IMG/VR virus record: IMGVR_UViG_3300020137_000031
Location: 1-30,248 of that record
Reading direction: 5' to 3' (one strand)
DNA from: a virus
Lineage: Duplodnaviria; Caudoviricetes
Length of the DNA: 30,248 nucleotides
The notes under the pieces are model-generated. The model made no database searches. It was not told the origin of the DNA and saw nothing but the letters and a program-made list of their open reading frames with translations. The position numbers were made by a program, and so were the translations under genes. Of this stretch, positions 1 through 7,258 are shown in pieces; position 1 is the stretch's first letter, and every line of letters begins with the position of its first letter.

Positions 1-474
1 ATGAACGCTTTGTACGAGTGGGCCGCCGCATGGGGTGTCCGTCCCGCCGCCCTGGCCGATCTGCGGGCGCGGCTGTGCGCGGGCGACGCGGCGTCGCCCA
101 AGGTCGGTCGCAGCGAGGCGGCGATACAGGCGGCGATACGCGTCGAGGCATCGGCCAAGGGCATGCGGTTGTGGCGCAACAATGTCGGCGCGTCCTACGA
201 CGACCACGGTAACTTCCTGCGTTATGGCCTGGCCAACGAATCCGCCGGGATGAACCGCGTCATCAAGTCCGGTGACCTGATCGGCGTGCAGCCCGTCGTG
301 GTCACGCAGGCACACGTCGGCACCACCATCGGCCGGTTTCTGTCCGTCGAGGTGAAGGAAGCGACGTGGCGCTACTCCGGCACCGACCGTGAGAAGGCTC
401 AGCTCGCGTGGGCGGCGCTGGTCGAGTCCCTTGGTGGCCGGGCGCTGATCGCCAACCGAGAGGGGGTGTTGTGA
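1..474 (+). CDS. VRR-NUC family (PD-(D/E)XK) nuclease / Holliday junction resolvase-like
   Basis: Motifs RLWRNNVG, SGDLIG, FLSVEVK and a downstream Q (EKAQLAW) typical of phage VRR-NUC proteins; next to the replication gene. Confidence 0.85.
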   Translation: MNALYEWAAAWGVRPAALADLRARLCAGDAASPKVGRSEAAIQAAIRVEASAKGMRLWRNNVGASYDDHGNFLRYGLANESAGMNRVIKSGDLIGVQPVVVTQAHVGTTIGRFLSVEVKEATWRYSGTDREKAQLAWAALVESLGGRALIANREGVL

Positions 475-484
475 GCGTACCACT

Positions 485-514
485 ATTGACAGGTCGGTCA
501 TTGTCGCTTACGGT
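485..514 (+). promoter_or_regulatory. Sigma70-like promoter with overlapping palindromic operator (site 1)
   Basis: TTGACA (486-491), 17-bp spacer, TACGGT (509-514); TGAC-AGGTCG-GTCA at 487-500. Confidence 0.7.
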
Positions 515-547
515 GCGCGCGTCTTTCCTGCTACCAAGGCGACGCAC

Positions 548-862
548 ATGGAAACCAAAACGCGCATCCGCCGTCACCCGGACGAGAGCCGCGCGCGGAT
601 TCTGGACGAGGCGATCAAGCAAGCCGAAAAAGTCGGCTACAAGCACATCTCGCGGAGCGAGATTGCCCGCAACTTGGGCATCTCGCGAAGCCTCATCAAC
701 ACGTACTTTGGCACGGCCAAGGCGTTCGAGCGCTTGATCGTCAAAGAGGCGGTCGCACGCAAGAACACGCGCATCATCGCGCAAGCGTTTCTCAACAAAG
801 AGAAGCTGGTGGGCAAAGTGGGCGCTGCAGCGCTGCAGGAGATTGCTCGCGGCTTCGAGTGA
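548..862 (+). CDS. TetR-like helix-turn-helix DNA-binding protein
   Basis: RARILDEAIKQAEKVGYKHISRSEIARNLGISRSLINTYFGT matches the TetR N-terminal HTH pattern; only 104 aa, so the C-terminal domain is short. Confidence 0.8.
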   Translation: METKTRIRRHPDESRARILDEAIKQAEKVGYKHISRSEIARNLGISRSLINTYFGTAKAFERLIVKEAVARKNTRIIAQAFLNKEKLVGKVGAAALQEIARGFE

Positions 863-877
863 CCCCCGAAGGCTGCC

Positions 878-3262
878 ATGCAATCGTTGCCCCCCGCGCT
901 TGCGCCGCTCGGCGCGTTCCGCCAATTCATCGTCTATCGGCTCGAACCGAAGCCGGGACACCCCGGCAAGACGCTCAAGAAACCGATCAACCCGGCCACC
1001 AGCCGTGTCCACAATGCCCACGATGCTGCGATATGGGTCGGCTTCGGCGAGGCCGCCGTGGCGGTGGCACTGCTAGGCGGCGCGCCGACTCACGGCGTCG
1101 GCTTCGTGCTCACCCGCAACGACCCGTTCTGGTTCCTGGACCTCGACGACTGCCGCGAGGGTGACGGCTGGAACGCCGTTGCGCGCGACGCATGCGCCCG
1201 GCTCGCTGGTGCCGCGGTGGAGGTGTCGCAGTCGTGCAACGGCCTACACATCATCGGTAGCGGCCCGCTGCTGGCGCACAGCTGCGACAGCACCGCGCTG
1301 CACGCCCAGTTCTTCACCGAGGATCGGTTCATCGCCCTGACGGGCCTGGGCGCCGTCGGATCGGCCGCCTACGCGCCACCCGAGGCGGTGGCGTACTTCA
1401 CGCGACACTTCCCGGCACGCGCGGCCACGCAGGCCGCGGACCCGCAGTGGTGGAGCGCCGGCCCGGCCGAGGGCTGGCGCGGGCCGGCCGACGACGAGAC
1501 GCTGCTGGAGCGCATGCTGCGCAGCAAGTCGGCCGGCGCGGTGTTTGGCGCCGACACCCGCGCCACCTTCGCGGACTTGTGGACGGCCAACGCCGACGTC
1601 CTGGGCAAAGCCTACCCGCCCGACCGCGCGGGCGACGCGTACAACGCCAGTGTGGCCGACGCGGCGCTGCTGCAGCATCTCGCGTTCTGGACGGGCAACG
1701 ATGCTGAGCGCATGCGCCGGCTGGCGCTGCAATCTGCCCTGGTGCGCGACAAATGGGACCAGCGTGACGACTACCTGCCGCGATCGATCCGGGCCGCGTG
1801 CGAGAAACAGACCAAGTTCCTGCAGGACTTGCCGCCCAGCGAATCGCCGTTCAAGCGCGACGCCGACGCGCCGATTCTCACCGAGGCGACGCGCATCGAG
1901 ACGGACACCTTCCTCTCGCCGGCCGAGCAGCGCGACTTCTTCGCCGGCTGCGTCTACGTGCGCGACGAACACAAGATCATGCTGCCCACGGGTGTGCTGG
2001 TCGACTCGTCGCGCTTCAACGTGCTCTACGGTGGCCGCACGTTCGTGATGGACAACCGCAACGCGCGCACCTCACGCAAGGCGTTCGAGGCGTTCACCGA
2101 GTCGCAGGTGTGGACTTTCCCGTCGGCCGACTCGACGGCGTTCCGCCCGCGTAGCGCGCCCGGCGAGCTGATTGGCGAGTACGGCCGCATCCTGGTCAAC
2201 ACGTGGCGAGCGCAGCCCGTGGTGCGCAGCAAAGGCAACGTGGACAAGTTCCTCGCGCACCTGGCCAAGATGGTGCCCGACGAAAAGGACCGCATGTACC
2301 TGCTCGGCTACATGGCCAGCTGCGTGCAGCGCCAGGGCATCAAGTTCCAATGGGCGCCGCTGGTGCAGGGCACGACGGGCAACGGAAAAAGCATGCTTTC
2401 GCAGAACGTGCGGAAGGCCATCGGCGCGAACTACTGCCATACGGTACGCGCAAAAAACATCGACAACGATTTTAACGCGTGGATGGCGGGGCGCACCTTC
2501 TACAGCGTGGACGAGGTGTACATCCCCGAGAAACGCGTCAACGTGCTCGAAACGCTGAAAGAGATGATTACCGCGAGCGAGCAGGAGGTGACGTTGAAAG
2601 GCGTCGACTCCAGCACGCGCGAGATTTGCGGCAATTTCATGTTCTTCACGAACCACCTTCACGCCATGCGCCTGAATCGCCACGATCGGCGCATTGCCCC
2701 GTTCTTCACCGCGCAGCAGGAACCGGGCGACCTGATCCGCGATGGCCTCACCGAGGCGTATTTCGAGGACTACGTGGACTGGTCGAAAGGGCAGGGCGAC
2801 TACGACGGACGGCCGAGCGGCTACTCCATGGTCGCAGAGTTCCTCTGGACCTGGGACATCCCTCGCGAGTTCGACGCGAGCCGCCACCCGCGCAAGCCCA
2901 AGACGACGAGCCAGGAGCGCGCGATCGAGGAAAGCCGCGGCAGCGTCGAGCAGAACATCCTCGAAGCGATCGCGCAGGAGGACGTCGGATTCCGCGGCGG
3001 ATGGATGAGCAGCAACTACCTGCGGCGGCTGATCGAGGGCACACGCACGCACATCAATCCGAGCGGCTACCGCGAGCTGGCGGAGAGCCTGGGCTACATC
3101 ACGCACCCGGCGCTCCCCGGCGGCCGCGTGAACACCGTCGTGTCGCCCGATGCGGCCAAGCCGCGCCTGTTTGTGAGCGAGCGCCGCGGCGACCTGATCG
3201 CGCTGACGTCACCGGCCGCGATCGCCGCGGCGTATTCTTCCGCGCAGCAGGCGACGCATTGA
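878..3262 (+). CDS. Primase-polymerase / SF3 helicase fusion (NrS-1 polymerase-like)
   Basis: N-terminal AEP motifs (GVGFVL, FLDLDDC, EVSQSCNGLHII); helical-bundle motif DAALLQHLAFWTGNDAERMRRL...RDKW; C-terminal Walker A GTTGNGKS, Walker B SVDE, motif C FFTN, and DRR. Confidence 0.88.
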   Translation: MQSLPPALAPLGAFRQFIVYRLEPKPGHPGKTLKKPINPATSRVHNAHDAAIWVGFGEAAVAVALLGGAPTHGVGFVLTRNDPFWFLDLDDCREGDGWNAVARDACARLAGAAVEVSQSCNGLHIIGSGPLLAHSCDSTALHAQFFTEDRFIALTGLGAVGSAAYAPPEAVAYFTRHFPARAATQAADPQWWSAGPAEGWRGPADDETLLERMLRSKSAGAVFGADTRATFADLWTANADVLGKAYPPDRAGDAYNASVADAALLQHLAFWTGNDAERMRRLALQSALVRDKWDQRDDYLPRSIRAACEKQTKFLQDLPPSESPFKRDADAPILTEATRIETDTFLSPAEQRDFFAGCVYVRDEHKIMLPTGVLVDSSRFNVLYGGRTFVMDNRNARTSRKAFEAFTESQVWTFPSADSTAFRPRSAPGELIGEYGRILVNTWRAQPVVRSKGNVDKFLAHLAKMVPDEKDRMYLLGYMASCVQRQGIKFQWAPLVQGTTGNGKSMLSQNVRKAIGANYCHTVRAKNIDNDFNAWMAGRTFYSVDEVYIPEKRVNVLETLKEMITASEQEVTLKGVDSSTREICGNFMFFTNHLHAMRLNRHDRRIAPFFTAQQEPGDLIRDGLTEAYFEDYVDWSKGQGDYDGRPSGYSMVAEFLWTWDIPREFDASRHPRKPKTTSQERAIEESRGSVEQNILEAIAQEDVGFRGGWMSSNYLRRLIEGTRTHINPSGYRELAESLGYITHPALPGGRVNTVVSPDAAKPRLFVSERRGDLIALTSPAAIAAAYSSAQQATH

Positions 3263-3394
3263 AGGCTCGACGCACATTTGGAATTTGGTCAAGCGACGAA
3301 CGGTCGAGGCTCGACGCACATTTGGGGTTTGGTCAAGCGACGAACGGTCGAGGCTCGACGCACATTTGGGGTTTGGTGAAACGATGAACGATCA
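3263..3394 (+). repeat. Three tandem 44-bp repeats
   Basis: Unit AGGCTCGACGCACATTTGGRRTTTGGTCAAGCGACGAACGGTCG at 3263, 3307 and 3351; copies 1 and 2 differ at 2 positions, copy 3 differs from copy 2 at 5. Confidence 0.95.
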
Positions 3395-3617
3395 AATCAA
3401 GGTAGGCGCCTATGGCGAGTGGGGCGCGGGCGGCCCGTTGAACGGCGGTCAGGCGCCCGGCTATCCCGTATTCGATCATGGCCGCGCGGTCGCATGGTTC
3501 ATCTACCGGATCGACGCGGAAGCCTTCGCGGCGTTGCGGGGGCGGCTAGTCGCGGCGGCAGCGTCATCGGTCGCCATGCCCGAATCAGGCGCCCGGCCCG
3601 TGGCGCACCGCGACTAG
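3384..3617 (+). CDS. Hypothetical protein (77 aa, MNDQIKVG...)
   Basis: ATG inside repeat copy 3; plausible globular sequence (YPVFDHGRAVAWFIYRIDAEAF). Confidence 0.6.
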   Translation: MNDQIKVGAYGEWGAGGPLNGGQAPGYPVFDHGRAVAWFIYRIDAEAFAALRGRLVAAAASSVAMPESGARPVAHRD

Positions 3618-3686
3618 CCGCCCCGGCTTACTGGCCACGCTGCGCCACGCTGCGCCGCGCTGCGCCGCGCGCTGGCGGGGGGCGGC
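3617..3686. repeat. 10-bp tandem repeat (GCCRCGCTGC x3.7) inside an inverted repeat, in a convergent intergenic gap
   Basis: Units at 3634, 3644, 3654 and partial 3664; flanked by GCCGCCCC (3617-3624) and GGGGCGGC (3679-3686). Confidence 0.7.
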
Positions 3687-3688
3687 AA

Positions 3689-3871
3689 TCATCGGCGCTT
3701 ATCCAGGTACGGCTCGCGGACGCACCACGTATAGCCGTCGGCGCTTTCCACCCACGAATGGCAATAGGGCGCGGCGGCACGCGCGGCTGTCGCCTTGCGA
3801 TATTGCAGCACGCACGTTGCACGCGTGGCCGCCTCAGCGAGCGTGACCGGCTCGCCTTGCGCGGGGGTCAT
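3689..3871 (-). CDS. Hypothetical protein (60 aa)
   Basis: Last ORF of the leftward cluster, ATG start. Confidence 0.5.
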   Translation of the reverse strand: MTPAQGEPVTLAEAATRATCVLQYRKATAARAAAPYCHSWVESADGYTWCVREPYLDKRR

Positions 3872-3931
3872 GGCGTTGCGGCCATAGCCGGCGGACGGAA
3901 CTAACGGCCAGCAAATGCAATGCGTCGGCGT

Positions 3932-4090
3932 TCACCGTTTCGGTTTCCTGCGGTAGACGTATCGCCGGCACGGCTCGCATTGCGCGCGTCGACCCGGCAC
4001 GCGTGCGGCCGGCGGTTGCCAGGCGCCGCACGTGATACAACGGAACGCACCGGGCGCGTGCGGGCCGGACTGACGCGGCCCGAGTCTCAC
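3932..4090 (-). CDS. Small Zn-ribbon protein (52 aa)
   Basis: GTG start in a GTGA overlap with the upstream stop; CITC...CEPC and basic tail RRKPKR. Confidence 0.6.
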   Translation of the reverse strand: MRLGPRQSGPHAPGAFRCITCGAWQPPAARVPGRRAQCEPCRRYVYRRKPKR

Positions 4091-4332
4091 GGTAGCCGCC
4101 CGCGCTGCGGGCCGCCATGCATGCGGCAATCGTGAGACCGTCGGTCCCGCAGCGGGTAGACTGCGAGCCGGTCCGGCCAGGCCCGGCAAGAATCAAACGA
4201 CCGCCAGTCGGGCACGGCCCGGGCAAACGATGGCGCCGGGCCGTCATATCCCGCCCGCGCCATCGCGCGCCAAAGTGCCGCCGCGGCCCGGTGCGCGCGG
4301 TAGTTCGCGCGCCAGGCTTCGCGCGGGGTCAT
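4087..4332 (-). CDS. Hypothetical protein (81 aa)
   Basis: ATGA overlap with the upstream gene. Confidence 0.6.
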   Translation of the reverse strand: MTPREAWRANYRAHRAAAALWRAMARAGYDGPAPSFARAVPDWRSFDSCRAWPDRLAVYPLRDRRSHDCRMHGGPQRGRLP

Positions 4333-4628
4333 GGTTTGGTCACGCGGGTGTCGATCACATGGCGCACGCGATCAGCGCCCACTTTAGCGACCAGCGCATC
4401 TAGCACGGATCGCGCGGCGTCCACGTAGTTGCCGGGACAGGCGGCTTGGGTGGCGTGCGGGATTTCCCGCACTTTCAGCCCGCTGTCACGGTGCGTGACG
4501 ACGACGGGGCAAAGCGGCAGGCGCGTGACCACAAAGCGGTACTGTTTGCCGCCGATGTAGTACGCGAACGTGGCGAGCTGTTGCGCGTCAGCCGTGCCGG
4601 CCGCGGTCACTACCCGGAAAGTTTTCAT
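4329..4628 (-). CDS. Hypothetical protein (99 aa)
   Basis: RBS AAGGA upstream of ATG; coupled to the next gene. Confidence 0.75.
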   Translation of the reverse strand: MKTFRVVTAAGTADAQQLATFAYYIGGKQYRFVVTRLPLCPVVVTHRDSGLKVREIPHATQAACPGNYVDAARSVLDALVAKVGADRVRHVIDTRVTKP

Positions 4629-4645
4629 AGCGTGCAGTCCTTTAG

Positions 4646-4984
4646 TCAGATACGGCGGCGCGTCGTGCCGTCCGGTAGGTGGTCATACTCGAAATAGATC
4701 GTTCGGCCGTCTGCGGATTCCTCACGCGTGCGCCGCCGGACACGTATCCCCGGCCATTCCGCGCGCATAACCGCCAAACGTTGCGCTTCCGTCGAATCAG
4801 GCAGGCCCCGGCGATCCTCCCGCACGTAGACGCTACCAGGCACGATGCCGGCCACGATGCGGTTATGCGCGCCGTAGCCGGTAACGTAGCTGTCCGCGTC
4901 CAAGACGTAGGCATTGAGCTGTCCCGGCTCGCCGTGCGGCTTGTCGCGCTCAACCGCGCGCCTTTCTCTTTGCCGGTATGTCAT
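4646..4984 (-). CDS. Hypothetical protein (112 aa, MTYRQRE...)
   Basis: RBS GGAGGT 7 nt before ATG; ATGA overlap with the upstream stop. Confidence 0.75.
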   Translation of the reverse strand: MTYRQRERRAVERDKPHGEPGQLNAYVLDADSYVTGYGAHNRIVAGIVPGSVYVREDRRGLPDSTEAQRLAVMRAEWPGIRVRRRTREESADGRTIYFEYDHLPDGTTRRRI

Positions 4985-5280
4985 AGCGCCAACCTCCGGG
5001 TAACCGCCCAACCGTGCGGAATGCATGCATGGGGGCCGAAATAGTCCAGTGTCTCCACGGTGCGGCCCGCCAGACGAACCAAGCGGAATCGATAGGCTTT
5101 CCCGCGCGCCCCCGCGTTGACCCGGCCCAAATAGTCAAGCGCCGTTTCCGCGCGCCAGCCGGCGCGTATGGCCGTCCGTACGTTGGCGGGCTCGAACAGC
5201 TCCACGACGCGGCCGCCCGGGCTTGTGACGATCCAGCTACCGCAGCGCGGCGGTAGGGCCGGGACGTCGGGCGCGGTCAC
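4981..5280 (-). CDS. Hypothetical protein (about 99 aa)
   Basis: GTGA overlap with the upstream stop; alternative GTG start at 5289. Confidence 0.65.
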   Translation of the reverse strand: MTAPDVPALPPRCGSWIVTSPGGRVVELFEPANVRTAIRAGWRAETALDYLGRVNAGARGKAYRFRLVRLAGRTVETLDYFGPHACIPHGWAVTRRLAL

Positions 5281-5525
5281 GGCAGCCACCCCGGCACGAT
5301 GCCGTCAAAAAGCCACGCGGCGGCGTCAAGCATCAAGGCCGTGGCCGCGTCGCCTTCATCCGATTGCGGCACGTCTGAATCAATGAGCTCCTGGTTCACG
5401 TCGAACTCGAACCAGTAGGCACGGCTTGCGCGCAACGTGCTACGAGACCCGTACGCGTTAAATAGCGCGATGCCCTCGCGGCTAATTCGTACCTTGCGCG
5501 GGGCGATGATTTCGAGCATTTCCAT
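5277..5525 (-). CDS. Hypothetical acidic protein (82 aa)
   Basis: ATG 1 nt after the upstream stop; sequence includes YWFEFDVNQELIDSDVP. Confidence 0.75.
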   Translation of the reverse strand: MEMLEIIAPRKVRISREGIALFNAYGSRSTLRASRAYWFEFDVNQELIDSDVPQSDEGDAATALMLDAAAWLFDGIVPGWLP

Positions 5526-5526
5526 G

Positions 5527-5739
5527 TCAGCGTTTCTCGTTTTCGGGGGACGGATTCCAGCGGAGCGTGCCGCCTTCGCACCTAAGCAGGCCGTAAGGAT
5601 TCGCGCGCATACGGGCCAGCGCGTCGGCCGGCTCGCGCGTGTACCCGGCCAGCAGCTCCGCCGCGCGTTCAGCGCTCACGCGCGAAACGCGCGTTTTGCC
5701 GTGCGGCTGCGGTTGGACGAGCTCAAAAGTTGCGTTCAT
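5527..5739 (-). CDS. Hypothetical protein (70 aa, MNATFELV...)
   Basis: RBS GGAG 6 nt before ATG. Confidence 0.7.
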   Translation of the reverse strand: MNATFELVQPQPHGKTRVSRVSAERAAELLAGYTREPADALARMRANPYGLLRCEGGTLRWNPSPENEKR

Positions 5740-6008
5740 TTCAGACTCCAATGCGGAACGATGCGGGCAAACGATCGCCAAGCGGCCACGTCGGCGAACC
5801 GGTGTAGCAGCACGTTTCGCGCTTGCCGAACAGATAGCCCGGTTCGCCGGGGGAAAATGGTCAGCTCGTACCATTCGCGGTCGCTGCGGAACTGCGGCGC
5901 GGGAAAGGTGCCATCGGCGAAGGGCTGACGTGACCACGCGGGCACGTGGTCCTGGGTGAAACGGTGCCCGTACCGGGCGCATGCTTCGACGAATGTCGGG
6001 CGGCTCAT
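5736..6008 (-). CDS. Phage hypothetical protein with an apparent +1 frameshift at 5849-5857
   Basis: N-terminus HRFTQDHVPAW...APQFRSDREWYE. After TTTTCCCCC the +1 frame (GEPGYLFGKRETCCYTGSPTWPLG..., stop 5741-5743) has better GC3 codon usage than frame 0. Confidence 0.7.
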   Translation of the reverse strand: MSRPTFVEACARYGHRFTQDHVPAWSRQPFADGTFPAPQFRSDREWYELTIFPRRTGLSVRQARNVLLHRFADVAAWRSFARIVPHWSLK

Positions 6009-6012
6009 GGTG

Positions 6013-6162
6013 TCAAACTCCCAGCACGCGGCGAATGCGTGCGATGAATGCGCGGGCGCGATGGCGCAGCGACCGGCGGTTGTACCGGGTGACCGGGCCG
6101 CGCGTGATAGGCGCGGGCAGGCCGTGGAAGGGGTAGCGGTTGCGAGCGTCGCGGCGGGTCAT
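6013..6162 (-). CDS. Small Arg-rich hypothetical protein (49 aa)
   Basis: TAATG overlap with the upstream gene; GGAG upstream. Confidence 0.6.
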   Translation of the reverse strand: MTRRDARNRYPFHGLPAPITRGPVTRYNRRSLRHRARAFIARIRRVLGV

Positions 6163-6503
6163 TAGCAGGCGCTCCACACGGCAAAGCCGGCGCACTCAAG
6201 CTCGCGGTTCCAGCTCGCGCCCTCGTCACGCACGAGCGCGTCGCGGAAAGCCGCCGGCCATGCGACCGCACCGGCGCTACGCGCGGCACACGCGCACGCG
6301 GCCGAATGCTTGTCGTAGCCGCAACCGCCCGCGTAGCCGCGCACCATTTCCGATCCGATCCAATGAACGAAAACTTGCAGCCGTCCGGCGCCGTCCGGCG
6401 GACGCTTAAACGCGACGGTTGCGACGCGCTTGCCATCGCGGGCGATGACGTACGCGGACACCCGCGCGAAAGCCTTGTCGTGCTGGTCGTAGATGTTGGC
6501 CAT
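6162..6503 (-). CDS. Hypothetical phage protein (113 aa)
   Basis: Clean ORF with a RGYAGGCGYDKHSAA motif. Confidence 0.8.
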   Translation of the reverse strand: MANIYDQHDKAFARVSAYVIARDGKRVATVAFKRPPDGAGRLQVFVHWIGSEMVRGYAGGCGYDKHSAACACAARSAGAVAWPAAFRDALVRDEGASWNRELECAGFAVWSAC

Positions 6504-6508
6504 TGTAG

Positions 6509-6522
6509 TGACGCCTATGTCA
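6509..6522. promoter_or_regulatory. Palindromic operator-like site 2
   Basis: TGAC-GCCTAT-GTCA, 5 nt upstream of the ATG of 6162..6503. Confidence 0.5.
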
Positions 6523-6551
6523 GTAGGGGGGCGATGAAAAACGCGGCGACG

Positions 6552-6731
6552 TTAGATCGCGCCGGTGCGGGCAAAGCGGCGCAACGCGGCGATTGCGTCA
6601 GCCAGTGGCACGGGTGCGGTCACGTCCGTGACGTCGTGCGCGCGGCCTTTCCGCGGCACGGCACGGACGATGACGAGGGAGCCAGCGCGAGCGGCAAGCG
6701 TGGCGGCGCGGAGGTCAAACAATGCATTCAT
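6552..6731 (-). CDS. Hypothetical protein (59 aa), first gene of the leftward operon
   Basis: RBS AGGA before ATG; directly downstream of the promoter at 6764-6793. Confidence 0.65.
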   Translation of the reverse strand: MNALFDLRAATLAARAGSLVIVRAVPRKGRAHDVTDVTAPVPLADAIAALRRFARTGAI

Positions 6732-6763
6732 GGCGTGCGTTCCTGGTGCGGCGTGTTGAGCGA

Positions 6764-6840
6764 ATGCTAGCCCGTTATTGACAGGTGCGTCAATAAGAAA
6801 AGCGAAACGACAGAGTACAGTAATTGACGCACCTGTCATT
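6764..6840 (-). promoter_or_regulatory. Leftward early promoter with twin inverted operators (sites 3 and 4)
   Basis: TTATTGAC-AGGTGC-GTCAATAA (6775-6796) and inverted copy TGAC-GCACCT-GTCA (6825-6838); minus strand TTGACG-18 bp-TAGCAT. Confidence 0.75.
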
Positions 6841-6973
6841 TAGCTCGCGGCTCTCTAGTGGCACGCGCGCACGCGTGGCCACGCAGTGGCCGCTGCGCCT
6901 GGTACGTGCGCGCCATCGATCCATCGCGATCCGCTGCAGCTAGATGCGGCACGCAGCGTCGCGCCTGGTCAGC

Positions 6974-7026
6974 GGTGCTGGTGCTGGTGCTGGTGCTGGT
7001 GCTGGTGCTGGTGCTGGTGCAGCACC
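6974..7026 (+). repeat. (GGTGCT)7 GGTGC hexamer array followed by inverted unit AGCACC
   Basis: Read directly; non-coding region. Confidence 0.95.
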
Positions 7027-7102
7027 ACGCGGCGGTCGATGCACGGCGATTCACTGCGGTGCGTGCCAGGCTGGCGCCGCCCTGGTACGCCTGGTGCGGC
7101 AC

Positions 7103-7175
7103 GGGGAGGGCGGGTCGAAAGTTCCCATGAAATTTCAAATGGACCGCTCGGGCACTCTTTTTCGCGCATCCTCAC
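7103..7175 (+). other. Putative cos (packaging/cleavage) region; candidate overhang near 7146-7154
   Basis: GGGGAGGGCGGGTCGAAAGTT...GGACC-GCTCGGGCA-CTC-TTTTT-CGCGCA resembles the layout I recall between HNH and terS in HK97/D3-like phages. HNH plus HK97-type TerL suggest cos packaging. Confidence 0.55.
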
Positions 7176-7210
7176 TTGAAGATGTGCACCAAAACAGTGC
7201 AAAGCACAAC

Positions 7211-7236
7211 AAAAAGCCCGCTTCGGCGGGCTTTTT
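7211..7236. terminator. Bidirectional intrinsic terminator
   Basis: AAAAA-GCCCGC-TTCG-GCGGGC-TTTTT, 22 nt after the stop of 7259..7612. Confidence 0.9.
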
Positions 7237-7258
7237 GCGGCGCAGTGGCGGGGGCGGG

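Noticed and set aside
3263-3394. 44-bp repeats as a mini-CRISPR array
   Set aside because: Units are head-to-tail with no unique spacers, and no cas genes are present.
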